Shown: positions 1-10,964, numbered from the stretch's first letter. The stretch is DNA of 50,830 nucleotides from Sphingomonadales bacterium (GCA_024636595.1 JAGXGT010000052.1:1-50830), one strand, 5' to 3'. Program-made: numbers and translations. Notes: generated by a model from the sequence alone, not told the origin.

Positions 1-65
1 CCATCTCCCGCCTGCGCGTCTAATTACAATCGGGAGATGGACCACCGCCTGCGCAGGGGAACACA
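1..65. repeat. Partial REPIN-like element (TGTTCCCC/GGGGAACA family), left arm outside window
   Basis: CCATCTCCCG (1-10) pairs with CGGGAGATGG (31-40), followed by right arm TGGACCACCGCCTGCGCAGGGGAACA resembling copies at 2872 and 34711. Confidence 0.7.
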
Positions 66-72
66 TCCCAAG

Positions 73-2859
73 CTAACCCTCAACTTCATGCCCCAACGCC
101 TCGGCGATCAACGCCGCCTGCTGCGCCTTGTGCCGCGACGCGAGACCCGTCGCCGGCGACGCCGAAGCCGCGCGTCCAGCATAAACCGGTTCGACCGGAC
201 CAACATCTGCCTGCTCCAGACAATGTTCAAGATAGGAGCGGACAAAATGCCAGCTGCCCTGATTCTTCGGTTCTTCCTGGGCCCAGACCACAGTCTCGAG
301 ATTTTTCATTCGCTTCAGACGCACGACCAAAGGTTCGCCCGGGAACGGATAGAGCTGTTCGATCCGGATGATTGCGGTGTTCTTGTCACCTGCCTCGTCG
401 CGCGCTTCGATCAGATCATAAGCAACCTTGCCCGAGCAGAGTACGACCCGCTTCACATCTTTGTCAGCCGGTGGATTGGTGTCGGACAGGATCCGCATGA
501 AATGCTGGTCGCCCTGAAAATCTTCCGCCTTCGACACCGCCATCTTGTGCCGCAGCAGCGATTTCGGTGTCATGATGATCAAGGGTTTGCGGAAAGATCG
601 CAGCATCTGACGGCGCAAGACATGGAAATAATTGGCCGGGGTGGTGATATTGGCAACCTGGATATTGTCCTGCGCGCAAAGCTGCAGAAACCGTTCCAGC
701 CGTGCCGAACTATGCTCCGGCCCCTGACCTTCATAACCGTGGGGCAGCAACATCACCAGACCATTGGCGCGCAGCCATTTGGCTTCGCCGGAGGCAATGA
801 ACTGGTCGATCATGATCTGCGCGCCATTGGCGAAATCGCCAAATTGCGCTTCCCACAACACCAGAGTTTTCGGGTCTGCGCCGGCATAGCCATATTCAAA
901 ACCAAGCACGCCATATTCGGAGAGCGGGCTATCGAGCACTTCAAACCGGCCATGGCGAACGGTGCTCAATGGCACATATTTGTCTTCAGTTTCCTGATCG
1001 ACCCAGACCGCGTGCCGCTGGGAGAAAGTCCCGCGCCCGCTGTCCTGTCCCGACAGGCGCACATTATAGCCCTCGGAAACCAAGGATCCGTAGGCGAGCG
1101 CCTCGCCGGTCGCCCAGTCAAAATTCTCACCACTCTTGAACATCTGCGCCTTGGCTTCCAGCACCCGGCCCAATGTCTTGTGAATCTTGAGACCTTCCGG
1201 AACCGTGGTCAAAGTCCGGCCGAGACTGTCGAATAATTTCGGATCGATCGCGGTTTTGACATTGCGCCGCGCACTTTCCGGATCGGCGGGGATATGCAGA
1301 CCCTGCCAGCGACCGCCAAACCAGTCGGCCTTGTCGGCCTTGTAATCCGCCGCCGCCTGAAATTCGGTTTCGAGATGCTCGGAAAAGGCAGCGCGGGTCG
1401 CATCACCCCATTTGTCATCAATCACGCCTTCCTCGACCAGCCGCTTTTCATACAGTTTGCTGACTTTGGGATGCTTCTTGATCGCGGCATACATGATCGG
1501 CTGGGTGAAACTTGGCTCGTCGCCTTCATTGTGACCGAAGCGGCGATAGCACCACATGTCGATGACAATATCCCGGCCAAAACGCTGGCGGAATTCCATC
1601 GCCATCTTGCAGGTGAAGGTCACTGCCTCGGGATCATCGCCGTTAACGTGGAAAATCGGCGCCTGCACGCCCTTGGCAACGTCTGACGGATAGGGCGAAG
1701 ACCGCGCGAATTGCGGGCTGGTGGTAAAGCCGATCTGGTTGTTAATCACGAAGTGAATGCAACCGCCGGTATTGTAACCGCGGATGCCGGAGAAGCCGAG
1801 GCATTCCCAGACAATGCCCTGTCCGGCAAATGCGGCGTCGCCGTGGATCAATACAGGCAGCACCTGATCATGCTTTTCCAGATCGTCGCGCGCCACTTGC
1901 TGGGCGCGGACCTTGCCGAGCACGACCGGGTCCACCGCTTCCAGATGCGATGGATTGGGCACCAGGCTCATATGGACATTGATCCCGTCAAATTCGCGGT
2001 CGGTGCTGGTACCGAGATGATATTTCACATCGCCGGACCCGCCGACATCATCGGGATTGGCCGAACCGCCGTGAAATTCGTGGAAGATCACCTTGTACGG
2101 CTTGGCCATCACATTGGCGAGAATGTTCAACCGCCCGCGATGGGCCATGCCATAAACGATATCGCGCACGCCCGACTGGCCGCCATATTTGATGATATTT
2201 TCCAGCGCCGGCAGCATCGACTCACCGCCATCAAGCCCGAACCGCTTGGTCCCGACATATTTCTTGCCGAGGAAATTTTCATATTCCTCGCCCTCGATCA
2301 CCTTGTTGAGGATCGCCTTCTTGCCTTCTGGCGTAAACTGGATCGCGGCATCCTTGCCTTCCATCCGGTCCTGCAGAAATCGCCGTTCCTCGGTATCGGC
2401 GATATGCATATATTCGAGGCCCACGGAGCCGCAATAATTGGCCCGCAGCACCGCTTCGATCTCGTGAACCGTCGCCGTCTGGAAGCCGAGCACACCACCC
2501 AGATAGACCGGCTTGTCCATATCATCGGCGGTGAAGCCATGAAATTCGGGAGTCAGATCAGCCGGTTCTTCCAGTTTGGAAATCCCCAGCGGGTCGAGAT
2601 TGGCACCCAGATGCCCGCGCACCCGATAGGTCCGGATCAACATCATCGCCCGAATCGACTTCTCCGCCGCCTCCGCTACATCGCTGTCCGACATCGCGGT
2701 CCCGGCCGTGGCTGCGGCCTGCTTGATCTCGATGCCCATTTGCATGGGATCAAGCGCGCTGTTCAGCTCATCGGCGTCATCAATTGGCCAATGCTTGCGC
2801 TGCCAGCTCGGGCCTTGCTCCTGCTCGGAACCGATAAAATCCTGATTTTCAAAACCCAT
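73..2859 (-). CDS. sucA: 2-oxoglutarate dehydrogenase E1 component
   Basis: GMAHRGRLN, TPP motif HGDAAFAGQG...NNQ, WEAQFGDFAN, HGYEGQGPEHSS. Confidence 0.98.
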   Translation of the reverse strand: MGFENQDFIGSEQEQGPSWQRKHWPIDDADELNSALDPMQMGIEIKQAAATAGTAMSDSDVAEAAEKSIRAMMLIRTYRVRGHLGANLDPLGISKLEEPADLTPEFHGFTADDMDKPVYLGGVLGFQTATVHEIEAVLRANYCGSVGLEYMHIADTEERRFLQDRMEGKDAAIQFTPEGKKAILNKVIEGEEYENFLGKKYVGTKRFGLDGGESMLPALENIIKYGGQSGVRDIVYGMAHRGRLNILANVMAKPYKVIFHEFHGGSANPDDVGGSGDVKYHLGTSTDREFDGINVHMSLVPNPSHLEAVDPVVLGKVRAQQVARDDLEKHDQVLPVLIHGDAAFAGQGIVWECLGFSGIRGYNTGGCIHFVINNQIGFTTSPQFARSSPYPSDVAKGVQAPIFHVNGDDPEAVTFTCKMAMEFRQRFGRDIVIDMWCYRRFGHNEGDEPSFTQPIMYAAIKKHPKVSKLYEKRLVEEGVIDDKWGDATRAAFSEHLETEFQAAADYKADKADWFGGRWQGLHIPADPESARRNVKTAIDPKLFDSLGRTLTTVPEGLKIHKTLGRVLEAKAQMFKSGENFDWATGEALAYGSLVSEGYNVRLSGQDSGRGTFSQRHAVWVDQETEDKYVPLSTVRHGRFEVLDSPLSEYGVLGFEYGYAGADPKTLVLWEAQFGDFANGAQIMIDQFIASGEAKWLRANGLVMLLPHGYEGQGPEHSSARLERFLQLCAQDNIQVANITTPANYFHVLRRQMLRSFRKPLIIMTPKSLLRHKMAVSKAEDFQGDQHFMRILSDTNPPADKDVKRVVLCSGKVAYDLIEARDEAGDKNTAIIRIEQLYPFPGEPLVVRLKRMKNLETVVWAQEEPKNQGSWHFVRSYLEHCLEQADVGPVEPVYAGRAASASPATGLASRHKAQQAALIAEALGHEVEG

Positions 2860-2871
2860 AATCTCTATCCT

Positions 2872-2944
2872 TGTGCCCCGCCGAAGGGCGGGGTCCAGAA
2901 CTGTAGTGAGCGATCGTCCGAACCCCGCTCTTCAGCGGGGAACA
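2872..2944. repeat. REPIN-like palindromic doublet (TGTTCCCC family)
   Basis: TGTGCCCCGCCGAAGGGCGGGGTCCAG ... CCCCGCTCTTCAGCGGGGAACA; two small hairpins in inverted orientation. Confidence 0.85.
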
Positions 2945-2994
2945 CAAACGAGATGCCCATTCACTTCACAATCTCAATCCAAGCCATCCCATCA

Positions 2995-3067
2995 TGTTCA
3001 CCGGCGCAGGCCGGTGCCCAGAACTGTCCTGCCCGATCGTCTGGGCCCCGCCCTCCGGCGGGGAACA
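2995..3067. repeat. REPIN-like palindromic doublet (TGTTCCCC family), second tandem copy
   Basis: TGTTCACCGGCGCAGGCCGGTGCCCAG ... CTGGGCCCCGCCCTCCGGCGGGGAACA; same 73-bp length and similar spacer (AGAACTGT...CGATCGTC) as the 2872 copy. Confidence 0.85.
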
Positions 3068-3091
3068 CAAAACCGAGGAACTCCAAATAAC

Positions 3092-3982
3092 TCAAACCAT
3101 CTCCTTCAACATCGCATCCAGCGTCGTGCCCAATTCACTCGGGGAAGGCGACACGCGGATACCCGCAGCCTCCATCGCCGCAATCTTGTCTTCCGCGCCG
3201 CCCTGGCCACCGGAAACAATAGCACCGGCATGGCCCATGCGCCGTCCAGGAGGAGCCGTAAGGCCAGCGATAAAGCCAACCATCGGTTTAGAACGGCCCT
3301 TCTTCGCTTCGTCGGCAATGAACTGCGCCGCTTCTTCTTCCGCGCTGCCGCCGATTTCACCGATCATGATGATCGACTTGGTTTCGTCATCGGCCAGAAA
3401 CAGTTCCAGCACGTCGATAAAGTTGGTGCCGTTGACCGGATCACCGCCAATGCCGACCGCCGTGGTCTGGCCAAGACCAACCGCCGTCGTCTGGTGCACC
3501 GCTTCATAGGTAAGCGTACCGGAACGCGAGACAACGCCAACCGAACCCTTCATGAAGATGCTGCCGGGCATGATCCCGATCTTGCATTCGCCGGGAGTCA
3601 GAACGCCGGGGCAGTTCGGGCCGATCAGGCGCGACTTGCTACCCTGCAGCGCCCGCTTCACGCGCACCATGTCGAGCACCGGAACGCCTTCAGTAATCGC
3701 AACGATCAGTTCGATTTCGGCATCAATCGCCTCGAGGATCGAGTCCGCTGCAAATGGCGGTGGAACATAAACCACCGAAGCAGTCGCGCCGGTAGCTTCC
3801 TTCGCTTCAGCCACCGTGTCAAAGTTCGGCAGACCGATATGGGTCGTGCCACCCTTACCCGGCGTAACACCCGCAACCATCTGCGTGCCATAAGCCAAAG
3901 CCTGTTCGGTGTGGAACGTTCCGGTGTTACCGGTCATGCCCTGAGTGATGACCTTGGTGTTTTTGTCGATTAAAATGCTCAT
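3092..3982 (-). CDS. sucD: Succinyl-CoA ligase alpha subunit
   Basis: [30 protein letters not shown], phospho-His motif RRMGHAGA. Confidence 0.98.
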   Translation of the reverse strand: MSILIDKNTKVITQGMTGNTGTFHTEQALAYGTQMVAGVTPGKGGTTHIGLPNFDTVAEAKEATGATASVVYVPPPFAADSILEAIDAEIELIVAITEGVPVLDMVRVKRALQGSKSRLIGPNCPGVLTPGECKIGIMPGSIFMKGSVGVVSRSGTLTYEAVHQTTAVGLGQTTAVGIGGDPVNGTNFIDVLELFLADDETKSIIMIGEIGGSAEEEAAQFIADEAKKGRSKPMVGFIAGLTAPPGRRMGHAGAIVSGGQGGAEDKIAAMEAAGIRVSPSPSELGTTLDAMLKEMV

Positions 3983-3992
3983 TCTATTTCCT

Positions 3993-4072
3993 CGTCATTC
4001 CAGCGAATGCTGGAATCTCGTTCCCAGCGCGCCGCGTTGTCGCATGAGATCCCGGCAAGCGCCGGGATGACG
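3993..4072. repeat. CGTC-tagged REP doublet (CGTCATTCC family)
   Basis: CGTCATTCCAGCGAATGCTGGAATCTC ... GAGATCCCGGCAAGCGCCGGGATGACG. Confidence 0.88.
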
Positions 4073-4079
4073 ATTGCGT

Positions 4080-5102
<1,023 letters not shown>

Positions 5103-5148
5103 TTAAGACAATTTCAACCGCAGATCGCACCATTTTGACCGCTATCTT

Positions 5149-5163
5149 TGCAATTGGTTCGCA
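5149..5163. promoter_or_regulatory. Candidate alphaproteobacterial Fur-type operator upstream of mdh
   Basis: TGCAATTGGTTCGCA, one mismatch from a TGCGA-N5-TCGCA palindrome. Confidence 0.4.
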
Positions 5164-5187
5164 GTAGCAATAGATGCCTATCACTTT

Positions 5188-5262
5188 CGTCATCCTGAAC
5201 TTGTTTCAGGACCCTTCGATTGGGAAGGTCGCCAGAAATCGTGAAACCGGCTCCGGATGCTG
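5188..5262. repeat. CGTC-tagged REP (CGTCATCCTGAAC family), partner arm truncated
   Basis: CGTCATCCTGAACTTGTTTCAGGA matches the arms at 23294-23381; only GGATGCTG remains of the right arm. Confidence 0.75.
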
Positions 5263-5353
5263 GCAATCGCAAAACATGCTTCCAATTCTTCCAGCTTTTC
5301 GCTTTCCAAACACCCTGCCCGTCGCCATGATGCAAAGAAAAAGAGGATGCAAC

Positions 5354-6448
5354 ATGCTGACAAAAGGCGATGATTATCCGCTGCACCAGACGCCGGAACC
5401 AATGGCGCTGTCGGGCGGCAACCGCAATTTCTACGACCGCTATTTCTTCAACGGCTATTCGGCAGACGGCAGCATCTTCTTCGCCGCCGCCCTCGGCATC
5501 TACCCCCAACTCGACATCATGGACGCCGCCTTCTGCGTCTCAATCGACGGCAAGCAGCATAATCTGCGCGCCTCGAAAAGAATGGGCAGCGAACGGCTCG
5601 ACCTGACCGTCGGCCCAATCACCGTAACCATCGTCGAACCGCTACAGAAACTGCGTTTGACAGTCGCCGGCAACGACAGCCCGATCACCGCAGATATCCT
5701 TCTCACCGCCCGCCATCAGCCAATCGAGGAGCCCCGCTTCATCCGCCGCGAAGGCCCGCGCTTGATGATGGACTATACCAGAATGACCCAGAATGGAGAC
5801 TGGTCAGGAACGATCACGGTCGATGGTCAGGACATCGATATCGCCAATTGTCGCGGCACCCGCGACCGCAGCTGGGGCATCCGCCAGATCGGCGCAGCGG
5901 AATCACAGCCACCCCCCGCTGGTACCTTTCCGCAATTCTGGTGGCTTTGGACTCCGCTCAATTTCGACCAGCACGCCTGTTTCTTCCACAGCAACGATGA
6001 CGGCGAAGGCCTGCCGTGGAACCGGCGCGGAGTAGTTGATGCCATTTCCGGAGCGGCCGAAGAGTTCGAACCAAAGACCATTGATCTCACCTATCATTCG
6101 GGCTCCCGCCGTATTAAGCAAGTGGGACTCGAGACCGCTGATGGAACCCTCTCCATCACACCTCGCACCGGCGACCAGGCGCGGACTTTCTATATGTCCG
6201 GCCTCGGCTATCTCCATCCGGTCTGGGGCCACGGCATGGACCATGGCGATCTGGAGATCGGGTACGACGTCATCACTCTCGATCCGGCACCGGCAATCGA
6301 CATGACCACCATCCATATTCAGGCGCTCAGCGATGCCGTGCTGACCGTCGATGGCCAAGAGCATCAAGGCGTCGGTGTGGTCGAGCAACTGTTTATCGGC
6401 CCGCACGCGATCAGTGGCCTGACCGGACTGATGGACCCTGCAGCATGA
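5354..6448 (+). CDS. Uncharacterised protein, probably AttH/CrtC/tocopherol-cyclase-like beta fold
   Basis: ATG at 5354 after AGAGGA RBS; FYDRYFFN and GTRDRSWG motifs, aromatic-rich beta strands; ATGA overlap with next gene. Confidence 0.75.
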   Translation: MLTKGDDYPLHQTPEPMALSGGNRNFYDRYFFNGYSADGSIFFAAALGIYPQLDIMDAAFCVSIDGKQHNLRASKRMGSERLDLTVGPITVTIVEPLQKLRLTVAGNDSPITADILLTARHQPIEEPRFIRREGPRLMMDYTRMTQNGDWSGTITVDGQDIDIANCRGTRDRSWGIRQIGAAESQPPPAGTFPQFWWLWTPLNFDQHACFFHSNDDGEGLPWNRRGVVDAISGAAEEFEPKTIDLTYHSGSRRIKQVGLETADGTLSITPRTGDQARTFYMSGLGYLHPVWGHGMDHGDLEIGYDVITLDPAPAIDMTTIHIQALSDAVLTVDGQEHQGVGVVEQLFIGPHAISGLTGLMDPAA

Positions 6449-7485
6449 GCAGCCGCTTCCCAGTACGCCCCGAAGAATTCGAAACGGCGTTTGTTGAGCG
6501 GGTTTTCAACGCGCCAGCGAAATCTCTCAAATCACTTTCCCATGAACCAGTCGGCACTGGCCAAGTGTGCGACAGCTATCGCTTCACCTGCAACTGGGCT
6601 GATACCGAAGGTCCGACCACATTCATAGCCAAATGCCCGAGCATCGATCCGGTCAGCAGAGGAGCAGCGGCGATCTTCCATCTCTATGATATGGAGGTCG
6701 GCTGGTATCGGGATGTGGCAGCATCCTCCGATGTTCTATGCCCCCAATGCTATCATGCAGATATTGCCGAAAATGAGCAGGAATTTGTCCTGTTGCTTGA
6801 AGATATGTCCCCCGCCACACAAGGAGATCAACTGGCCGGAGCGGCGCTGGTGCAGGTAGAAACCACGCTGGCCGCCGCCGCCAAGCTCCACAATATCCAG
6901 CCAACCGAAGGTTTCGATGGCTACAGATGGCTCCACCATGGAGCGGGCAATAGCAGCTTTCTGCAAAACACCCTCCCCAATGGCTATCCGCTTTTCCGGG
7001 ACAGATTCAGCCAGCTTCTGTCATCCGACATACTGGACCTCGGGCAGCAGCTGATCGACCGACTTTCTCACTACATCGCCCATGATCCACCCGAACTGAC
7101 CATAACCCATGGTGACATGCGGCTCGACAATATCCTTTTCCATGCAGACGGCCGGGTCGCGGCGCTGGTCGACTGGCAAACCTGTTCGCTCGGCAATCCG
7201 GCGAACGATGTCGCCTATATGATCGGCACCAGCTTCGCTGATCCCGCTGCCCGGCACCAGCACGAGAAGCGGCTAGTTGAAGATTATCTCGCTGCTCGGT
7301 CAAACGCGCCAAACTTCGACATTTTTTGGCAGGAATATAGGCGTCACGCCTTCTCCGGCTTCATTATGGCGATAAACGCCTCACTACATGTCGAGCAGAC
7401 CGAACGCGGCGACCGAATGTTCGCCGCCATGGCCGAACGCCCCGCACAAATGGCGCTGGATCTGGACAGTTTGAGTTTGATATAA
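6445..7485 (+). CDS. Phosphotransferase, APH/ecdysteroid-kinase-like
   Basis: FIAK, LLLED, catalytic HGDMRLDNILF, metal-binding DWQ. Confidence 0.88.
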   Translation: MSSRFPVRPEEFETAFVERVFNAPAKSLKSLSHEPVGTGQVCDSYRFTCNWADTEGPTTFIAKCPSIDPVSRGAAAIFHLYDMEVGWYRDVAASSDVLCPQCYHADIAENEQEFVLLLEDMSPATQGDQLAGAALVQVETTLAAAAKLHNIQPTEGFDGYRWLHHGAGNSSFLQNTLPNGYPLFRDRFSQLLSSDILDLGQQLIDRLSHYIAHDPPELTITHGDMRLDNILFHADGRVAALVDWQTCSLGNPANDVAYMIGTSFADPAARHQHEKRLVEDYLAARSNAPNFDIFWQEYRRHAFSGFIMAINASLHVEQTERGDRMFAAMAERPAQMALDLDSLSLI

Positions 7486-7535
7486 CTCCATTCCGGAGCT
7501 CGGTTGGCTTTGTTTAAACTTCCCGGGTAAGCGCC

Positions 7536-8663
7536 TCAACTGGCGGGCAGGTCTCCCTCGCCATGTCCCAGCGCCAGATATTCCTCCGACTGCATCTCGA
7601 TCAGCCGGGACGCTGTGCGTTCGAACTCGAAAGATCCGTCACCTTCGGGATAAAGCGCATCCGGCTGCGCGTCAGCCGCCACCAATAGCTTCACCTTATA
7701 TTCGTAGAGTGTATCAATCAGCGTGACAAAGCGCGCCGCCTCGTTGCGATTCTCCTTGGAGAGCACCGGAATACCGACAATTATCACACTGTGATAATGC
7801 CGCGCAATCGCCAGATAATCCTGCGCGCCGCGGGCCTCGGCGCAGAGCCGCTTGAACGAGAATACCGCCACGCCTTTTAGTGATTTCGGGACATGCAATG
7901 TCCGCCCGCCGGGCACGGTCAATTCTTCGCTCGGAACGTGCGCTGCATCATCGGGTGAATAATCGGTCAGGCGGAAAAATGCTTCGCGCAGTGCATCGGT
8001 TGCGGCATCGCCGTTGGGCTCGTGCCACAGACCGACATCACCCAGACGCTCGCGCCGATAATCGGTTGGCCCGTTAAGCGACATCACTTCTAGTCTGGTC
8101 TTGAGCAGTTCAATGAACGGCAAAAAATGCTCGCGGTTGAGGCCATCCTTGTACAGATCATCAGGCGGACGGTTGGAAGTTGTGATGATCGTAACCCCCG
8201 CCTCGACCAAGGCCGTGAACAACCGCGACATGATCATCGCATCGGCACTATTGTTCACCACCATTTCATCAAACGCGAGAAAACGGGTTTCGCTGGCCAG
8301 AGCCGTGGCGACCGGCATGATCGGATCTCCCAGCTCCTTCTTGCGTTCCTCCCGAATCCGGGCGTGTACATCCAGCATGAATTCGTGGAAATGGGCGCGC
8401 TTCTTCCGCTTGATCATGAGATTCTTGTAAAACAGGTCCATCAGCATCGACTTGCCGCGCCCGACTCCGCCCCACATATAAATGCCTTTTGGCGGTGCCG
8501 GTTTTTTGCCGAATGTGCGCCACAAGAGGCTGCCACGCGGCGGCACCGCTTCCAGTTCTTTCTGCAGACGCGCGAGGCTTTTGGCGCAAGCCTCCTGATC
8601 GGCATCGAGCTTTAGCTCACCCTGCGCAATCAGCGCCTGATAGCGCTGATAGAATGCGCTCAT
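7536..8663 (-). CDS. zapE: AFG1/ZapE family ATPase
   Basis: GIYMWGGVGRGKSMLMDLF, FDE, TSNRPPDDLYKDGLNR, FERTASRLIEMQS. Confidence 0.93.
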   Translation of the reverse strand: MSAFYQRYQALIAQGELKLDADQEACAKSLARLQKELEAVPPRGSLLWRTFGKKPAPPKGIYMWGGVGRGKSMLMDLFYKNLMIKRKKRAHFHEFMLDVHARIREERKKELGDPIMPVATALASETRFLAFDEMVVNNSADAMIMSRLFTALVEAGVTIITTSNRPPDDLYKDGLNREHFLPFIELLKTRLEVMSLNGPTDYRRERLGDVGLWHEPNGDAATDALREAFFRLTDYSPDDAAHVPSEELTVPGGRTLHVPKSLKGVAVFSFKRLCAEARGAQDYLAIARHYHSVIIVGIPVLSKENRNEAARFVTLIDTLYEYKVKLLVAADAQPDALYPEGDGSFEFERTASRLIEMQSEEYLALGHGEGDLPAS

Positions 8664-9154
8664 TGCAAATCGGTTTTCTGATTCGGGGCCTTTTTCACGA
8701 TCGCGGTGAACGAGGCCATATTGTCCTGTCCAACATCGCCCTGCACCACCAGCCCCCGCATGAACAGAAAGCGGCCAGTCTCGCGGGCAACCTCAACCTG
8801 CGCCTCGAGCGGCTCATCAAGTCGGGCGCCGCCGATAAAATGCGTCTGCAGCTCCAGCGTCACAGCGAAGCCCGATGGTCCTATCTCCAGCACCCGCATC
8901 GCAGCGAACAGCGAACAGTCGATAAAGCCCATCATCGTGCCGCCATGGACAACATCGCCGAGATTGCGGTGCTTGCGTTCAGGAAACATACGGACCCGGG
9001 CTATATTGTCGCCGAGCCCGTCACCACCACGGCGGACAATCATCCTGCCGAGGAAGCTGTTATAACAATCGGGATCAGTCAACTTCCAGCTGTTCCAGCC
9101 GGGATAGTCCGGGTCGGGATCGCTTATGACAAAATTGCGCTCGGTCTCGGCCAT
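8660..9154 (-). CDS. PaaI family hotdog thioesterase
   Basis: HRNLGDVVHGGTMMGFID motif; overlaps zapE start. Confidence 0.88.
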   Translation of the reverse strand: MAETERNFVISDPDPDYPGWNSWKLTDPDCYNSFLGRMIVRRGGDGLGDNIARVRMFPERKHRNLGDVVHGGTMMGFIDCSLFAAMRVLEIGPSGFAVTLELQTHFIGGARLDEPLEAQVEVARETGRFLFMRGLVVQGDVGQDNMASFTAIVKKAPNQKTDLQ

Positions 9155-9170
9155 CAGTCCTCGCCGGTCT

Positions 9171-9953
9171 TCAGATTTCGCGGGATGCGGTCATCTTCTT
9201 GATCTCGGCAATCGCCTTGGCCGGGGACAAGCCCTTGGGACAGGCGTTGGCACAGTTCATGATCGTGTGGCAGCGATAAAGCCGGAACGGATCTTCGAGG
9301 TCATCCAGCCGCTCCCCGGTCATTTCATCACGGCTGTCCGCGAGCCAGCGATAGGCCTGCAACAGGATCGCGGGACCAAGGAACTTGTCGCTGTTCCACC
9401 AATAGCTTGGGCAGCTGGTCTGGCAGCACGCACATAAGATGCACTCATACAAACCATCCAGTTTGCCGCGATCTTCCGGCGATTGCAGCCGCTCCTTGCC
9501 GGAGGGCGTCGGCGTAACCGTTTTCAGCCAGGGCTGAATCGAGGCATATTGGGCGTAAAAATGGGTAAAATCGGGGACCAGATCCTTGATCACTTCCATG
9601 TGCGGTAGCGGGGTGATGGTGACCTTGTTGCCGCAATCTTCGATCGCGGTGGTGCAGGCGAGGCCGTTCTTGCCGTTGATATTCATCGCGCAGGACCCGC
9701 AAATCCCTTCGCGGCAGGACCGGCGGAAGGTCAGCGTTGCATCCTGCTCCGATTTCATCTTGATCAAGGCGTCGAGCACCATCGGCCCGCATTCATCCGT
9801 ATCCACTTCGAAAGTATCGTAATGTGGATTCTCGCCCTTATCAGGGTCATAGCGGTAGACTTTAAACGGCCGCTTCTTCCCGCCGGTCAGCGCTTGATGC
9901 AACTCACCCGTTTTGCGGATCTTGCTGTTCTTGGGGAGCGTGAAAGTAGCCAT
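9171..9953 (-). CDS. sdhB: Succinate dehydrogenase iron-sulfur subunit
   Basis: [36 protein letters not shown]. Confidence 0.98.
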   Translation of the reverse strand: MATFTLPKNSKIRKTGELHQALTGGKKRPFKVYRYDPDKGENPHYDTFEVDTDECGPMVLDALIKMKSEQDATLTFRRSCREGICGSCAMNINGKNGLACTTAIEDCGNKVTITPLPHMEVIKDLVPDFTHFYAQYASIQPWLKTVTPTPSGKERLQSPEDRGKLDGLYECILCACCQTSCPSYWWNSDKFLGPAILLQAYRWLADSRDEMTGERLDDLEDPFRLYRCHTIMNCANACPKGLSPAKAIAEIKKMTASREI

Positions 9954-10057
9954 GTCTATCGGATTCCCTTGTTCTGCGGATTGGCATAACCAAGAAGTGC
10001 CGGTATCTCAACCGTTTTGCGCTGCAAAGACAAGGTTGAGACTTTTGTATTATGCAA

Positions 10058-10942
10058 TCACTTGTGGCGCTCGAAAAAGGTGACCATGTCATCCAGCACC
10101 GGGGCCTTGTACCGAAACGGCTTCGCCACCGCCATCATGATCTCGAGATGGTCGATGTCGGCATATTCGACATATTCGGCTTGGCCGCCCGCTTCTAGGA
10201 TTTTATCGCGCAAGGTCTTACTATTGCGAGGCTTGACCTGGGTGTCATCGGTGCCGCTCGAAAGCCAAAGCGGCGGCGCATCGGACCGGACGAAATTCAC
10301 CGGCTGAGTCATTTCGGGTGCCGGATAGTCGCCAAAGCTCTGCTTCGTCGTTACCGAGTCAAACGGATAGAAATCATAGGGTCCGGCGAGCGCCGCCACG
10401 CCGCGTATCAGGTCCGGTGACTTGCCCTCGCGGCCCAGCCACTGCGGGTCGAGTGCCAGCATCATAACATTATAGGCACCTGCTGATTGACCAGACAGGA
10501 ATATGCGGTTTGCATCACCGCCATATTGACTGATATTGTCATCCACCCAGGCCAACGCCTTGGCGCTGTCCTCAAGAAAACCGGGGAAACGCGTTTTCGG
10601 GAAGAGGCGATAATCGGGCAGCACGACGATATAGCCACGATTGGCCAACGCCCGGCCGGTGAAAGCATATTGGTCCTTGTCTCCGTCGCGCCACCCGCCG
10701 CCATAGATGAAGACGATCACTGGAAGGGGTTTGGTCGCAGCGCTATCTGGAGACCATATGTTAAGCCCCAGCCCGAGCTCCTTGTCGTAAATCTTGTCCT
10801 GCACCAGCAGCTTGGCATTGCTGTCGCCCGGCATGACATTATTGACCATATCGAGCTGCTTGGGTCCGGGCTGCGAAAAGAACCACGAGGCAAAACTGCC
10901 AAGGGCGAGCAGCAACACAGCGATCATGACAAGCCATTTCAT
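10058..10942 (-). CDS. Alpha/beta hydrolase (esterase/lipase) with N-terminal signal or anchor
   Basis: Likely start MKWLVMIAV; YGGGW oxyanion motif, GQSAG nucleophile elbow, downstream Asp and His. Confidence 0.88.
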   Translation of the reverse strand: MKWLVMIAVLLLALGSFASWFFSQPGPKQLDMVNNVMPGDSNAKLLVQDKIYDKELGLGLNIWSPDSAATKPLPVIVFIYGGGWRDGDKDQYAFTGRALANRGYIVVLPDYRLFPKTRFPGFLEDSAKALAWVDDNISQYGGDANRIFLSGQSAGAYNVMMLALDPQWLGREGKSPDLIRGVAALAGPYDFYPFDSVTTKQSFGDYPAPEMTQPVNFVRSDAPPLWLSSGTDDTQVKPRNSKTLRDKILEAGGQAEYVEYADIDHLEIMMAVAKPFRYKAPVLDDMVTFFERHK

Positions 10943-10964
10943 GGGAAGAGCCTTAGCCAGCCGC

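Noticed and set aside
2872-3067. Two similar 73-bp units as a possible CRISPR array
   Set aside because: Only two units, too long and internally palindromic, dispersed copies elsewhere, no cas genes
37-3973. Long plus-strand ORFs (399, 459 and 366 aa) opposite sucA and sucD
   Set aside because: Antisense shadows of high-GC genes; no recognisable motifs
5174-5353. N-terminal extension of the 424-aa ORF
   Set aside because: Runs through a REP; the RBS supports ATG 5354
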